DNA of 64,000 nt from Octopus bimaculoides (lineage: Eukaryota), in the NCBI RefSeq assembly GCF_001194135.2, contig NC_068998.1:12766279-12830278 (forward strand), written 5' to 3'. The notes beneath the pieces were generated by a model that had not been told where the DNA came from, made no database searches, and worked only from the letters and a program-made list of their open reading frames with translations. A program made the position numbers and the translations under genes. Every line of letters starts with the position of its first letter. The stretch's first letter is position 1. Positions 11,776 to 25,189 of this stretch are shown piece after piece.

Positions 11776-13366
11776 CTTGTGTCTGACAACAAATTCTTAG
11801 TATCGTTAGCACTAGTGTGGAAGAGAGTGTAATTCCAATGACCACAGCACTCCTGTGTGGAATGCTGTGGTCATCATTAGCTTGCATAAACATAATAATC
11901 AGACAAAATCATACAAATCCTATAATTAACAGGATGTGTGCCATGTTTGTCATTGTGTCCAATAAAAGAACCCCATTTATTTAATTGCAGTTTTTTTTTC
12001 TTCTTTTTACAATGGCTATGTGGTTAATTAACATGCTCACTTTCCAATTACATGGTTTTGGGTTCAGTCCCACTACACTGCATCTTGGACAAGTGTCTTC
12101 TACAATGTTTGCAAAGTCACCTGCTTTTCTCCCTCCCTCTCGTTAGTCTTGGATGATTTATTAAGGGGCATGGCCATTACCTCTTCCCCTGACCAAGCAG
12201 TACCTCTACTCTACAAAGCTATCTTATCCAATATATCCTTTTAAAAGACAATAGAATGTAATTTGCAGTACATATGGCTGCTGCTATTTCTAGCAGGTTG
12301 GGCAACCACATTGAGTTTCCCTATCTTCCCTTTGGTTTGTCAGATTGACAAGTTTTATATGTATGCTTAGCCTGGTGTATAATAGGAATCTGATGCTGAG
12401 GTAAGATAGGAATGTACTCAGAATTGTGCCATGGATATGTATATATACCATTGTTTGTTTGAAACAGATGGCAGCCTATTTATGTCTCTTCTCTGTGTAG
12501 AATACTACACAGATAGTCAGTCATTCATCTGCTATATTTGGGAGGCAGATTTAAACTCGGTCTCCTGATGCTGTCAATTCGAGAAATGGCTCAAAAATGA
12601 AAAGGAGGAGGAGGAGGGTGACGACGAAGGGGAAGAGGAGGGGGAAGAGAAAAGACGAAGAAGAAGAAGGAAAAGAAATAACAAAGCTTGTTTTTTAGTT
12701 CTGTCTATAAATTACTGCTGTTTGCAGTTTGATTTTTCTTCAATGAATCATATTAGTGTTTAATACAACACTCTTGTATGTATGCGCGTGTTCTATGTAT
12801 GTATGAATGTGTCTGTATATGTGTTTGTTTGTGTGTGCGTGTTCTATATACGTATATATGTATGTATGAATGTGTCTGTATATGTGTTTGTTTTTGTGTG
12901 TGTGCGTGTGTATGTATCATCATCATTTAACGTCCGCTTTCCATGCTGGCATAGTTATGTGTGTGTGTCTGTGAATATGTATGTGAATATGAAACAAAAT
13001 AAATATATTTATTCTTATTACCCTGCCATAAGCATGTTAAGAATTTTTTTTTCCTCTACTGAATATGACTGAAAGATAATATTGTACTTCATATTTTCTA
13101 TGAATGCTTCTTTCTAGGGAAGAGCAAGAGTGNNNNNNNNNNGGGGGGGGGGGGAGAAAAGAAACTAATATCTATTTTAAAATAGATATTTCATCAGTTT
13201 TCTTTTTGCTTATTGTACTCACCTACAACTTCAGCTCTGAAATGAAAACATAACTTTATTTCGTTTTATTTTGAAGAATATACTTTCTTAGCAATTATTA
13301 TAAATCTCCATATATAACGTACACTTTTCCTCACCAAAATTAAAATTAATATTAGTTATTTGTATA

Positions 13367-13585
13367 AGGCGGTGAGCTGGCAGAATCATTAACACGCCAG
13401 GCAAAATGCTTAGCAGCATTTCGTATGCCTTTACATTCTGAGTTCAAATTCTGCTGAGGTCAGCTTAACCTTTCGCCCTTTTGGGGTTGATAAAATAAGA
13501 CCAGTTGAGAACTAGAGTCAATGTAATCAATTTACCCCATCCTTCGAAATTGCTGGCTTTGTGCCAAAATTTGAAACCAATATTA
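13367..13585 (+). mobile_element. SINE family 3 copy
   Basis: taaggcggtgagctggcagaatc...gagttcaaattctgctgaggtc. Confidence 0.75.
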
Positions 13586-14122
13586 TGGGTTTAATACATA
13601 ATATAAGATTGCAAAGTTTTTCACTGACACTTTTATTAAGGAAAATATATAAAAAAAAACCCACAATGTAATAAACCTTTATTATAAAGAAGTTTTAAGA
13701 ATTGATATATTGGATTATAGAAGATTGAAGATTACCTTCTCTTGAGTAGTTGTGTAACAATGTGTTATCCATAGCATTATAAGGTCTTAAAGACAATTTA
13801 GGCATAAAGCATGATGCATGCTATACATAGTCTTATCATATATGGGCTTATACATATATAGCAGTGTGTGTTATACATGTATAATAATCCCATGTAAAGC
13901 TCTACTATGTATGACATTGTGTGCTGTAGGGATTTTAACAGAATTCAGGCACAAAATTCATGATGCTCATTATACATGGGGTTTAACAGTATTAAAAAAA
14001 AAACATTCATTCTTCTCTTCAATCAACTCCTTCTCCTCCTCATCAAATCATTGTCTTCTTGCTCATCATCATCATCATTGTCTTCATCATCATCACCACC
14101 ACCACCGACTGTCACGATGCTG

Positions 14123-14161
<39 letters not shown>

Positions 14162-14710
14162 ATGATGGTGATGATGGATGGGTAGATAGTGTTACCATTG
14201 CTAGTCGTTGTTTAACATCATAATTCAGCACCGATTAAGCTGACCTATGATAAAAGGTATTCTAGTCTTGACCATTCTGTCCTTTTTTACCTACTTACTG
14301 GGAGTCCAGTGGCACACTTCACGACATGTCCTTCTCCTAAGATGTTAGAGGGGTGAGTTGCAGGGGTGCTTAGACTAGCAATCGAGTAGATGTTTAATAC
14401 CTGATATATAAAAATAAATTCTTATAATAATATATTTTCAGTGTTTGATTTATTGAGCCTGGAAGGTAGAAAGGCAAAGCCAACCTTAGTGAGATCTAAA
14501 TGTAGAATGCATAAAGGCATAACGAAATACAATTCTGCATTGAATCCAAGCCAATGAGAGAGCTTCTTCATGGTTGATTGATCTGCCAGAAGTAAAAGTC
14601 TCTATCAAAACGTAGATGGAAAGACATATTGGATTACATATATCATCCATGCTAGCAAAAGTATACTTCCAAAGATACCTGACTTATTATTATGTTGGAC
14701 CTTGGGAAGG

Positions 14711-14745
<35 letters not shown>

Positions 14746-14747
<2 letters not shown>

Positions 14748-15190
14748 GGTGATGAGCTGGCAGAATTGGTAGTACGCTGGATGAAATGCTCAGCTGTATT
14801 TTGCCTGTCGCTACGTTCTGAGTTCAAATTCTGTTCAGCTCAACTTTGCCTTTCATCCTTTTGGGGCCGATAAATTAAGTACCAGTGAAACACTGGGGTC
14901 AATGTAATTGACTAGTCACTTCCTCTAAAATTTCAGGCCTTGTGCCTTTAGTAGAAAGGATTATTATTATTATTGTTAAGGCAGCGAGCTGGCAGAATCA
15001 TTAGTATGCCAGACAAAATTCCTCTAAACATTTTCTCCAGTTTACTTTCTCGGTTCAAATTCTGCCAGGGTCAACTTTACTTTTCATCCTTTTGGGATTG
15101 ATAAAATAAGTACCAGTTGAACACTGGGGTCAATGTAATTGACCAGCTCACCTCACAATTTCAAGTCTTGTACCTATAAAAGAAAGGATT
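14746..15190 (+). mobile_element. Two tandem SINE family 3 copies separated by (ATT)n
   Basis: Heads at 14746 and 14977, each preceded by attattatt. Confidence 0.75.
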
Positions 15191-15236
15191 ATTATTACTG
15201 TTGTTGTTTTAGTATTTGATTTCTTCTCCTTTTGTT

Positions 15237-15540
15237 TTATTACCTCTGCCTTCGCTAAGGCGGAGGTATTGTTTTCAGTCTGTTTGTTTGAATAAAGATA
15301 TCTCAAGAACCACTGGATGGATTTGGATGAAACTTTCAGGGATGTTTGACCTTGTGAGTGGCACGGTCTCATTAAGATTTGGGGATTGATCTGGTACCGA
15401 GCAAGAATTCTGGATTATTTTTCCGATTCTTTTTACTTTACATGTATGTGTAAAGTTTCGCATAGTTCTCTTGTACATGCACATACACATACATATTCTC
15501 ACACATTTTCAGCATTATACATTACCATCCCATTTCCATT

Positions 15541-15575
<35 letters not shown>

Positions 15576-16013
15576 AACATACCTCTATTTTACACACACA
15601 TATACTCACACTTCAAACGCTGTTTATTGGCTTTTTCACTCCTTCCTTCATTATTCATCTATCACCCCTTCCTTTCTCATTCACAAGACACTCTCTTTGC
15701 CACTTCGTTTCATCTTTCTCATTGTCATTACTTTCTCTAACACCCTCTCAGTCATGGCTATTATTCTCACTACTTCTCCTTCACTGTATTAGTATTTCAT
15801 CTCCTCTCCCTTCACCTCTCACTCAATATATATATATATATATTTGGATTATTTTTCAATTTGAGAGCGGTCAGGTTCATTTTAAGTATTCTCACTTGTG
15901 GGAGCAGTCAAGTTTATTTCAGATATTCTCATTTTAAAAATCATCTCCAGTTAATCGTTGAGAGGACGTTGGTGTTGCCTTGGCAGAGGTTTGCACTCTC
16001 TGAGTGCTCTTGT
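15237..16013 (+). mobile_element. Helentron/HINE-like non-autonomous element
   Basis: 5' hairpin ACCTCTGCCTT-cgct-AAGGCGGAGGT followed by a gtctgtttgtttg simple repeat. 3' subterminal inverted copy GGCAGAGGT plus hairpin GCACTC-tct-GAGTGC, with T-rich flanks. Confidence 0.6.
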
Positions 16014-16325
16014 TTTAATTTATCTATTCAATTCTGAATTCTTGAGCCCATATAACTCTGCGACCAATTATCAAGAAACTTTGAGAATTTTATAATGTTT
16101 TATGTAATAGTTTTCTGGTTTTTCTTTTGGTAGGTGGGAAAAGGTTTATTATTATCTATTTTGAAAGTGTATGCATGTGTGTTTTAATTATTTCTTCACT
16201 AATCACTGTGAACACAATTTCATCACCATATAAATTTGGTTTGCATTGTTATGCTGCCAAAGACTGGGTATTTGGATTAATTTCTGACACATTTCTGGCA
16301 ATATTTATCTTGTTAATTCTCTCAG

Positions 16326-16423
16326 ACCATATTTCCTTTGCTTACCTTTTGGACCTTCTCCAGGTCATTGTCTGTTTTCAAATGGTCTCCAGGAGTGGTT
16401 GAAGTCATTATTGGAAGTCACTG
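16326..16423 (+). CDS. Exon B: (I)PYFLCLPFGPSPGHCLFSNGLQEWLKSLLEVT
   Basis: ttgttaattctctcag acceptor, G|GTTAAT donor, 98 nt, phase 2 to 1, joins exon A in frame. Confidence 0.6.
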
Positions 16424-17802
16424 GTTAATTGTTTGTGGCTTGCCGACCAGTGAAGCTTCAAGTCCTACTTTCATTATAATTTTTATATATATGTATATTA
16501 AGATTTAAGAAGGGCAGCACTCATGACTCTTTTTAGGGTTTATGAATTCAATAAATAACGTTGGAAAACTTCTAAAGGATGCGTTCTACATAAAAAAAAA
16601 CCCAAAAAACAAAACAGAACAGAAAAATTGTAGTTATGTGTTAATAACTAATTAAAATTAATCCCATTGTGTGAAGAATATTGATCAAATTAGCTTAGCA
16701 TTACAAAGTTCACTCCCCTTGCCTCCTTGCCAAAAATTATCATTAACACTAATAACTTTTATCCTCATTATGTATGTAATTGTAGTGTATTTTTTTGTAT
16801 TTATCTCTCCATGCTTGCATGGGCAGAAAAAATGTAACTTAGACATTATCATTACTGTTGTAGCAATATTTTGTGTTTAAATTACGCCTTCTGATAGTAC
16901 TTGAGGAATGTCTATGTAATTGCTTGGCCTGCTAGAAATAGTAGCCAAATCTCTGTCAAATAACTCTCTTCATTAAAAAAAACAAAAAAAAAACGAATGT
17001 GTTAGATAATTTAGTTCTTGTTAGACTTAAAATAAACAAGATGGTAATGACTGGAATATCATTCAATTTTAAGTTCTTTAGCTTATTATAATAAACACAG
17101 TTAAGGCCATGCTAGAGCACCACCTTCAGTTCTGCTCAGAGTTGACCTGGAGACAAACTGTACTAACAAGAATAGCAACTACACCGACTCCACTAACCAC
17201 AACAACCATATAAACCTGAGTCAATGAAGCAGCCCCTCTATGGTTGCTCAACGCGCTAGAAATAACTACCTGGTTAAGAAGTTTGCTTCTCAACCATGTG
17301 GTTTTAGGTTCAGTCCCACTGTATAACATCTTGGACAAATGTCTTCTATTAGAGCCTCAGTCTGACCTTGTGAGTAGATTTGGTAGATAGAAACTGAAAG
17401 TAGCTTCTCATATATGTATATGTGCATGTTTGTCTCCTTGTCTTGATATCATGAAATAGTTATTAGCAGAGTCCTTCATTTTTATGGCGAAAACATGTCA
17501 TCATGTAAGTGGAGTCTGATTTCTATACTTCTGTAAAAGTTTGTCCCGACATGGGGAAATGTTGCCTTGCTTAAGAAGAGGTGAGTGTTGGCAGTAGTTA
17601 GGGCATCTGACCTTAGAAAATCTGCTGCAATAAATTCTATCTAACCCATGCAAACACGTAAATGTTTACATTGAAGATGATGATGATGATGATAATGATG
17701 GTACTCCTAAAAAAAAGGCCTAATGTTCTTTGATCATAAGACTGACCTTGAGCCTAAACAACAACTGATATGAAGCAGGAGTAACATGTTTGTCATCTAG
17801 GT

Positions 17803-18099
17803 CAGGGGTTTTCAAACTGTGGTCCGCGGACTACAGGAGGTCCGCAAGGACAAGACAGGGGGTCCGTGGACAGCAAATACTTTTTATGGGCAATTTGATT
17901 TTATATATGTTTTTTAATGGAAATCTTTTAATTGACAATAAACCTATTTGTTAAATAGTGTTAAATAAATAAATGTAAAAATATATGTTATTTTAAGCAA
18001 ATATTTATGTATAAATTTCAGAAGCGTTTATAAGGGGGTCCCTAAGGTAAATCCTGAAATATAAAGGGGTGCGCAAGTCAAAAAGTTTGAAAACCCCTG
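17803..18099. mobile_element. hAT-superfamily MITE
   Basis: TIR CAGGGGTTTTCAAACT at both ends and a perfect 8-bp TSD ATCTAGGT (17795-17802 and 18100-18107). Confidence 0.9.
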
Positions 18100-18989
18100 A
18101 TCTAGGTAACCAGAGGTCTAACTCAGTGGTTGTTGTGTGGTTTGAACTGCTGACCATATATATGCTCTGTATACTAGTTCCTGAACATCCCAATGCTTTG
18201 TTATTGTGTTTACATGTTTTTATTTCTATTGATTGCAGAAGGATGAAAATCTAATATTAAAAATCACCATCTCAATTTTACAGTTCTCACGCTCCACCAA
18301 CATAATTCTGAACAAGTGTTATTTATTTTTAGAATAGAGTATTGTATTAATATCACCCCAGTGTTATCTCCCACAAGGATGTTGCTTGACTTCCTCTTCA
18401 AAAATACCCATTCATGGGTGATTAGGACTCTGAATAGAAAAAAAAAAAACATGGTATCCATCTGTAAGGGAAAATACACTGAAGATGCATCCTGTTTCCT
18501 TTTCCTTACCATTAAAGGATTTGAACAGAATTCTGTAAGCTTGTAAAACATCAGTTTTAGGCTGCCTGGTTTTGCTGTAATACCTAGATCAACTTTAATT
18601 GAGCATACTTATGATTTAACAATTTCTAGTCATGAGCATCCCATATTTTTAGGGTTATCTGATAATGTCTTGTCCTTTTCTAAGAAAGTAACGTGTGATT
18701 TGAAGGAGATTTGATTGCTATTTCTAACAAGTTGACTGACCACTTAGAGGCTTCTTTGTTGGCTTATAGGTTACCTAGTCATTGCTTAAAGTCTAAAGAC
18801 TAATGTTGCAAAGCCCAAAGTATTGGTAACAAAGAGTACAACATTCCAGTGGTACCTAAGAAGTAGCTTTACTTATACTGAACACTGAATGCATGCAAAA
18901 TTTGCATTGGGCTATCTGGTAGAATATCAGAGAACTAAAGCATTAAATATTCTTTTCTACTCTAGGCACAAGGCCAAAAGATTTTGGGG

Positions 18990-19170
18990 AGAAGGCCACT
19001 TGATTAGACCGACCCCAGTATGCAACTGGTATTTAATTTATCAACCCCAAAAGGATGAAAGGCAAAGTCAACCTCGGCGGAATTTGAACTCAGAATGTAA
19101 AATCAGACGAAATACTGCTAAGCATTTCGCCTGGTATTCTAACGTTTCTGCCAGCTCGCCGCCTTCCCAA
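18990..19170 (-). mobile_element. SINE family 3 copy
   Basis: ...gaatttgaactcagaatgt...ttctgccagctcgccgcctt. Confidence 0.75.
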
Positions 19171-19985
19171 GGCATTAAATATAATATAATGAAAGTGGTA
19201 GTTAGTGATCAGAATACATATGAAACAAGGCCCATATTCTGCTCAGGTACCTCACTAGATGTATTTGACTCAAAGACTCAGGAAAACATGAGAACAAGTG
19301 GTTATGTTAGACCTCAGGAGGCTGAGCCTCATTGACAAAATGAAATTAAAAAAACAAAAAGGACTAAGATAAGCAGCTTTGTACTTTAAAGCCAAGCGGT
19401 CCATCTCATTTCTGTAGCAGTTGTTAAAACATTGATGAAAGTAAATTACTGAAATTTGATGATTAAAAAAATTAGAAGGAACATTAGTTAAAGCTGGAAT
19501 TTAATTTACAATATTGGGAAACAGAATATGTGAATAAAATTTTAAACATATAATGTAAAAGATTAAACGTTTTTTTTTATTATTATTATTAGTTAGAACC
19601 CATGGTAATGAAAATCTGTTTTTGTTTGAAATTATTGAAAAAAAACTACCCAATAAAACACATTAACTATTCAGCTTCTGTAATAAGCAATATGTTCCAA
19701 AGAAATGAGAAGAGTAAAATCAAATAAAGTTTCTATTGAAATTATTGACCATTGAGACTAGAATATCAGAAATATTTAATATCTTAAAATTTTGGTTTTT
19801 CTTTTTCCTCCTTGCTTTGAATATGCTAATTGAAGCTACTGATCTGATCCATTAAAGATGTAAATGTAAGAGAATTCTGAATTATTATGTGAAATTATTA
19901 ATATTTTGCAAATATTTGGTTTATATATCTTCTTGTTATACATACATAAGTACACCCCCCTATCACACACACATATAATTTATTC

Positions 19986-20038
<53 letters not shown>

Positions 20039-20768
20039 TACATCATAATGCGCGCGCACACACACACACACGCACACAAAATACTATCATCATTTTGCAT
20101 CTGTTTTCCATGCATGGGTAGGATGGTTTNNNNNNNNNNNNNNNNNNNNNNNNNNNNNNNNNNNNNNNNNNNNNNNNNNNNNNNNNNNNNNNNNNNNNNN
20201 NNNNNNNNNNNNNNNNNNNNNNNNNNNNNNNNNNNNNNNNNNNNNNNNNNNNNNNNNNNNNNNNNNNNNNNNNNNNNNNNNNNNNNNNNNNNNNNNNNNN
20301 NNNNNNNNNNNNNNNNNNNNNNNNNNNNNNNNNNNNNNNNNNNNNNNNNNNNNNNNNNNNNNNNNNNNNNNNNNNNNNNNNNNNNNNNNNNNNNNNNNNN
20401 NNNNNNNNNNNNNNNNNNNNNNNNNNNNNNNNNNNNNNNNNNNNNNNNNNNNNNNNNNNNNNNNNNNNNNNNNNNNNNNNNNNNNNNNNNNNNNNNNNNN
20501 NNNNNNNNNNNNNNNNNNNNNNNNNNNNNNNNNNNNNNNNNNNNNNNNNNNNNNNNNNNNNNNNNNNNNNNNNNNNNNNNNNNNNNNNNNNNNNNNNNNN
20601 NNNNNNNNNNNNNNNNNNNNNNNNNNNNNNNNNNNNNNNNNNNNNNNNNNNNNNNNNNNNNNNNNNNNNNNNNNNNNNNNNNNNNNNNNNNNNNNNNNNN
20701 NNNNNNNNNNNNNNNNNNNNNNNNNNNNNNNNNNNNNNNNNNNNNNNNNNNNNNNNNNNNNNNNNTAG

Positions 20769-20911
20769 ATTATCCTCCTACAGAGGATAAATTATTTAAT
20801 TATTTGAAATGTATACCTCAACACTTTTCTGAATCTGATTACATAGAGGAATTTCAGCATTTGCTGGAGTTTTGAGATGCTGCAACTGATCTCGTTGAAA
20901 GTGTTTTGATG
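20769..20911 (+). CDS. Exon C with in-frame TGA: (D)YPPTEDKLFNYLKCIPQHFSESDYIEEFQHLLEF*DAATDLVESVLM
   Basis: tag acceptor just after a gap (alternative cag acceptor at 20783), GTACGT donor, phase 1 to 0. TGA at 20873-20875. The other two frames have several stops. Confidence 0.6.
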
Positions 20912-21067
20912 GTACGTTCTCTGTATTGAAAATTGTGTTGTGACAAAAGCTCTTAAGTACATGCATCTTGCTTGTAGCCTTAACTGTAAATTGTGTAGCA
21001 AGGAGGAAGTTTAGTTTGTTGTTTGTAATAGAGGCATTGCAGAATTGTTGTTTTCATAATTTATAAG

Positions 21068-21107
21068 ATTGGGCTCAAATCCTTTTATCAATTTGGTGAA
21101 GATGATA
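21068..21107 (+). CDS. Exon D: IGLKSFYQFGEDD
   Basis: ttttcataatttataag acceptor, phase 0. Donor GTAACA at 21108 (alternative GTGAAG at 21096), both phase 1. Confidence 0.55.
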
Positions 21108-21718
21108 GTAACATATTTTAATGATGCCACTTGGTCTAATAGACCACATGACTGACATTTGACTTAATTAATTTTTTTTTTTTTTGTAGTTTGTTTTTAG
21201 TTGTTTTCTAGTTTAATATCTTACTACTAGGATATGAATTAGCATATTTTCTGATCATGTCATCTGTTTGTTGTTTAGCTCTAGCCCAATCAACTCTGAT
21301 CAAGCAGATCTTTTGACAAAAGGTATACCAACTATAGCCATCTCATCAATTTTTTTCCAATTCATTATGTCTGGGAATACATTATCCTATGCTTGACCTT
21401 TGGCTGCAGTCCAAAGACTGAAACAAGTAAAAGAATGAAAGAATCAGCTAACTTTATTAATCATCATTTCTGGATATTGAATAAGAAATAAAATGTTAGA
21501 GGTATATCTGTCTGGATTCAGAGTTCAATTTATAACCACTAGATTTGGGTTCTATTCTAGTGCATAGTACCTCAGGCAAGTGTCTCCTACTATATCTTTG
21601 GGCCAGCTTATGTTTTTGGGGTGAGATTGGTCAAGGGGAAACTGTATGGGAGCCATTGTATGTGTACATATACATATACAGCCACATTATTTATCTGTCC
21701 GTTTGTCCATCCATTCAT

Positions 21719-21751
<33 letters not shown>

Positions 21752-22519
21752 CTAGTGAATGTAAATTCTTCCCCTGGTGAAGAAGTACAATCATAGGTTG
21801 CTGGTTAGTGACTTCAGACTTAGATCTAAAGGGAGCCAGACATGTAAACCAATGAAATCCTAAAGATCCAACAAGCAGTCAAAAATCTAGGTATGTTTTA
21901 GTTGAAACATTTGATAAAAAGGAGGAGATAGATGTATTGCATAGAGGACAACTGAGATTTCCCACAGGACAATCTACCCCCGAGGGTGTAGACCAAATTT
22001 GTGGCTGGTGCAAACTACTGACCAGTGTATCTGTCTGTCTGTCTATTTTAGACATTCACACACACGCACATGGTTGTATGGTAAGAAGTTTACTTCCCAA
22101 TTTGCTTCTTGGTTTCAGTCCCACCATGTAGCACCTTGGGCAAGTGTTTTTTTACTATAGCCTGAGCTGACCAAAGCATTGTGAGTGGACTTGGCTGATG
22201 TTAACTGAAAGAAGCCCATTGTATGGATGTGTGGGTATATGTGTGTGTTACTGTCTTTTTGCCTTGACTTCACGTGATAGTCGTAAATGAATGTCACCAT
22301 CATGTAATTGGTGTCCTTTGTTCCCAGTCTTCTGTGAAAACATGTCTCCTGAAGGAATATGTTACTTGATAAAAGGTGAGGGCTGGCAACAAGAAGGGTG
22401 TCAGGCTGTAGAATATTTACCTCAACAAAATCCATCCAATCCATGTAAACATGGTAAAATGGATGTTAAACAACAATGTAACTGACTAACCCCATCCCCT
22501 AGAATTTCAGGCCTTGTGC

Positions 22520-22740
22520 ATCATCATCGTTTAACATCTGCTTTCCATGCTAGCATGGGTTGGACGGTTTGACTGAAGACTGGTGAGCCAGAGGCTGCAC
22601 CAGGCTCAATCTGATCTAGCAAAGTTTCTACAGCTGGATGCCCTTCCTAACACCAACCACTCTGAGAGTGTAGTGGTTGCTTTTATGTGCCATTGGCACG
22701 AGGACCAGTCAGGTGGTTCTGGCAACGACCACATTCAAGG
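22520..22740 (-). mobile_element. SINE family 2 copy
   Basis: catcatcgtttaacatctgctttccatgctagcatggg...gatgcccttcctaacaccaacc. Confidence 0.8.
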
Positions 22741-23967
22741 AAAAAATTATTTGGTTAGGTTCCTACTTATGAAAAAAAAAAAATGTTGATAAAACTGCAA
22801 ACCGAGAAACTTTTCTGGCAAGTGTTTAAAAGCTGAAAATGAAGTGGCTTAGTCATGTAACCAAATACTGTGACACTCTGTCTCTAATGAATACCATATT
22901 TGCTAGTGTACAGGACATATACTTGCATAGGACAAAGCCACTTCATTTTGATGTTTCCTCATGCAGTCATACACAAGGTATCCCATTTCTAATATGTTAT
23001 CATTAGACACATGACAATTTTTGATACATTTAAGAGTCTAAAAAGTGGAGGGACAAATTCCTGGCAGAAGATGTGTAGGAAGACTACAAAACAACAACAA
23101 AAATGGGCTGAGGGAGATGATAGAAAGCACAAGATTAGCTGATAACCAGGAAAGATAGCTAATAGATGATAGAGGTTGTTGTGCTTGCTATATGCATACA
23201 GCTTCCTTTGAATTTTGATGATGGGCTTTCTACTGACAACCATTTCACCTATATTGTCAATGTTGTCTTAAGAGATTAGCGTTTGGAATTCATGGTCCCC
23301 AATCACTAACAGTTGTATTTAAGGGCAGATTTAAACTACTGTATTTTCTAGATTAAGGGGGTTTTAAGTAGAAATCATTCTTGCCTTTGATTCAACTTCT
23401 CTGGGATTTTTGAGCAATTCTTACTGCTTCTTAGCATAGGCTGATCTCAGAGAAACAGAAGTCATCAAGTAAACCATACAGCAAAAGATGTACTTAACTT
23501 TTAAAACGTTCTCCATACAATTTTAGGTCTTTGAGAGGAAGCATATTTTTTAAACAAATAAAAACAATATTAAACAAAATGATAAATTTTCATTTTCACC
23601 CCGTCATCAAAATGAGTAATTCGAAAAGGAATGTGCTTTATCTGTGTTGCATCTGTGTTTCCTTTTGATGAAAGTTTCTGGTATTCAAAAATGAAAAACA
23701 TAATGTAAATATTCACAGGTAGAATTGGACATCTTTTGTGAGTTACCTCTTCCTCTGCATCTGGCAGTATTCTTTTCTACCTCATCCTCTGCATCTGGCA
23801 GTATTCTCTTTTCCTCTTATCACTTTATGCAAGTCAAATTCACTTTTGTTTTTCACTCTTTAATTGCTCTCCTGTGCCAACTTATAATTGTGTTTTTTCT
23901 TTACTGTTCATTCTTCCTTCTTTTCACTTTCAACAATTCCTTCATCATTTCTTTTATCTTTTAATTG

Positions 23968-24320
23968 TTTCACTCATTGAACTGTGGCCATGCTAAAGCA
24001 ACACCTTAAAGGATTTAATCAAACAAATTGACCCCAGTATTTATTTTTTAAGCCTGGTACCTATTCTATCAGTATCTTTTGCCTAACTGCTAAGTTACAG
24101 GGATGTAAACTAACCAACACCAGTTGTCAAGTGGTGAGGGTGCAGGACAAGCAAACACACACACACACACATGCCATGCTTCCACACAGTTTCCATCTAC
24201 CAAATTCACTCACAAGACATTAGTTAGCTTTGAGAATTGCTGATGTTGCTGTGCAGTGGAACTGAATCTAAAACCTTATGACTGCAAAGTGAGTTTTTTA
24301 ACTACACAGCCATACCTGCT
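23968..24320 (-). mobile_element. SINE family 1, diverged copy
   Basis: Reverse tail ...tgtggccatgct..., internal (CA)n, reverse head. Confidence 0.7.
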
Positions 24321-25071
24321 CTATTGGTGATATTTCTATGTAAATCACTCAGAAAAGAGATAGAAACGTTGATAGTCCCAACCCATTAGCATTGATTTTT
24401 TTTTTTCTTTTGAGGATTTCAATTTTCACTAGGAGGTGTTATTTATAACTTATATGTTCAAAATCAACTTCAAAATAGTTATTGGTTTGTTACAGTTTAA
24501 TCCAGTTTCAAACAGAAATTGACTTTTGAGCAGTGTGAAAACTTGCCTTGAGAACCTGAATTAGTAAATATTCAAACTTGTCTGACTTCTGAAAAATATA
24601 TATTAAATACATGAAAAATATATCCAAGTGTCCTCTTTCTTCCCACCTTCCTCTCTCTGTGAATGTGTATGTATTTGTGTGTGTATGAAAATAGGAAGTC
24701 TATTTTTAGTTTATAAGTTATAATTATCATGAAGTTTGATGTTACACTCTTTTGTTACAAATGTGATAAGATCATTATTTGTTGTTGACAAGCTTTTGCT
24801 GGCTCTGTTTGAGAAGTTTGATATATTCTTTCAACATTCTCTTCCACTTCATAAGAGGTAGCCTACTCTAAGAGATGATGTGCACTCTATATTAATTAAT
24901 TAATTCACTTCTACAAATTGGCCCCTATTTGTGCTGAGGTCATTAGTTTCACTGAAGCTAGCTGATATTACATCATTACCCCATGTATGTATGCCTTTTG
25001 CTAAGGCTTTCAACACATGATTCAGCAGCTTGATTTTTACGATATTATTTTCTTTTTCCCGAGTTTCAAAG

Positions 25072-25144
25072 GATGTGTCACTGAACTTCTCAAAGCAAGT
25101 TCAGTCAAAACTAATCTTTTTGAATGCAAGACACTATCAGTCAG
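25072..25144 (+). CDS. Exon E: CVTELLKASSVKTNLFECKTLSV
   Basis: Pyrimidine tract then tttcaaag acceptor, strong AG|GTAAGA donor, 73 nt, phase 1 to 2. Confidence 0.6.
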
Positions 25145-25189
25145 GTAAGATAGTCTGCACCATTGCAGTTAAGTATTCATTATCCATTC

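Noticed and set aside
18518-18534. 17-nt microexon candidate (good acceptor, GTAAGC donor)
   Set aside because: It breaks the B-to-C phase unless another exon is hidden in the 20130-20765 gap.
23020-23290. Stop-riddled segment faintly like Helitron helicase (W.DKFLAED...MIE.V.LAIC)
   Set aside because: The similarity is too weak to support without a search.
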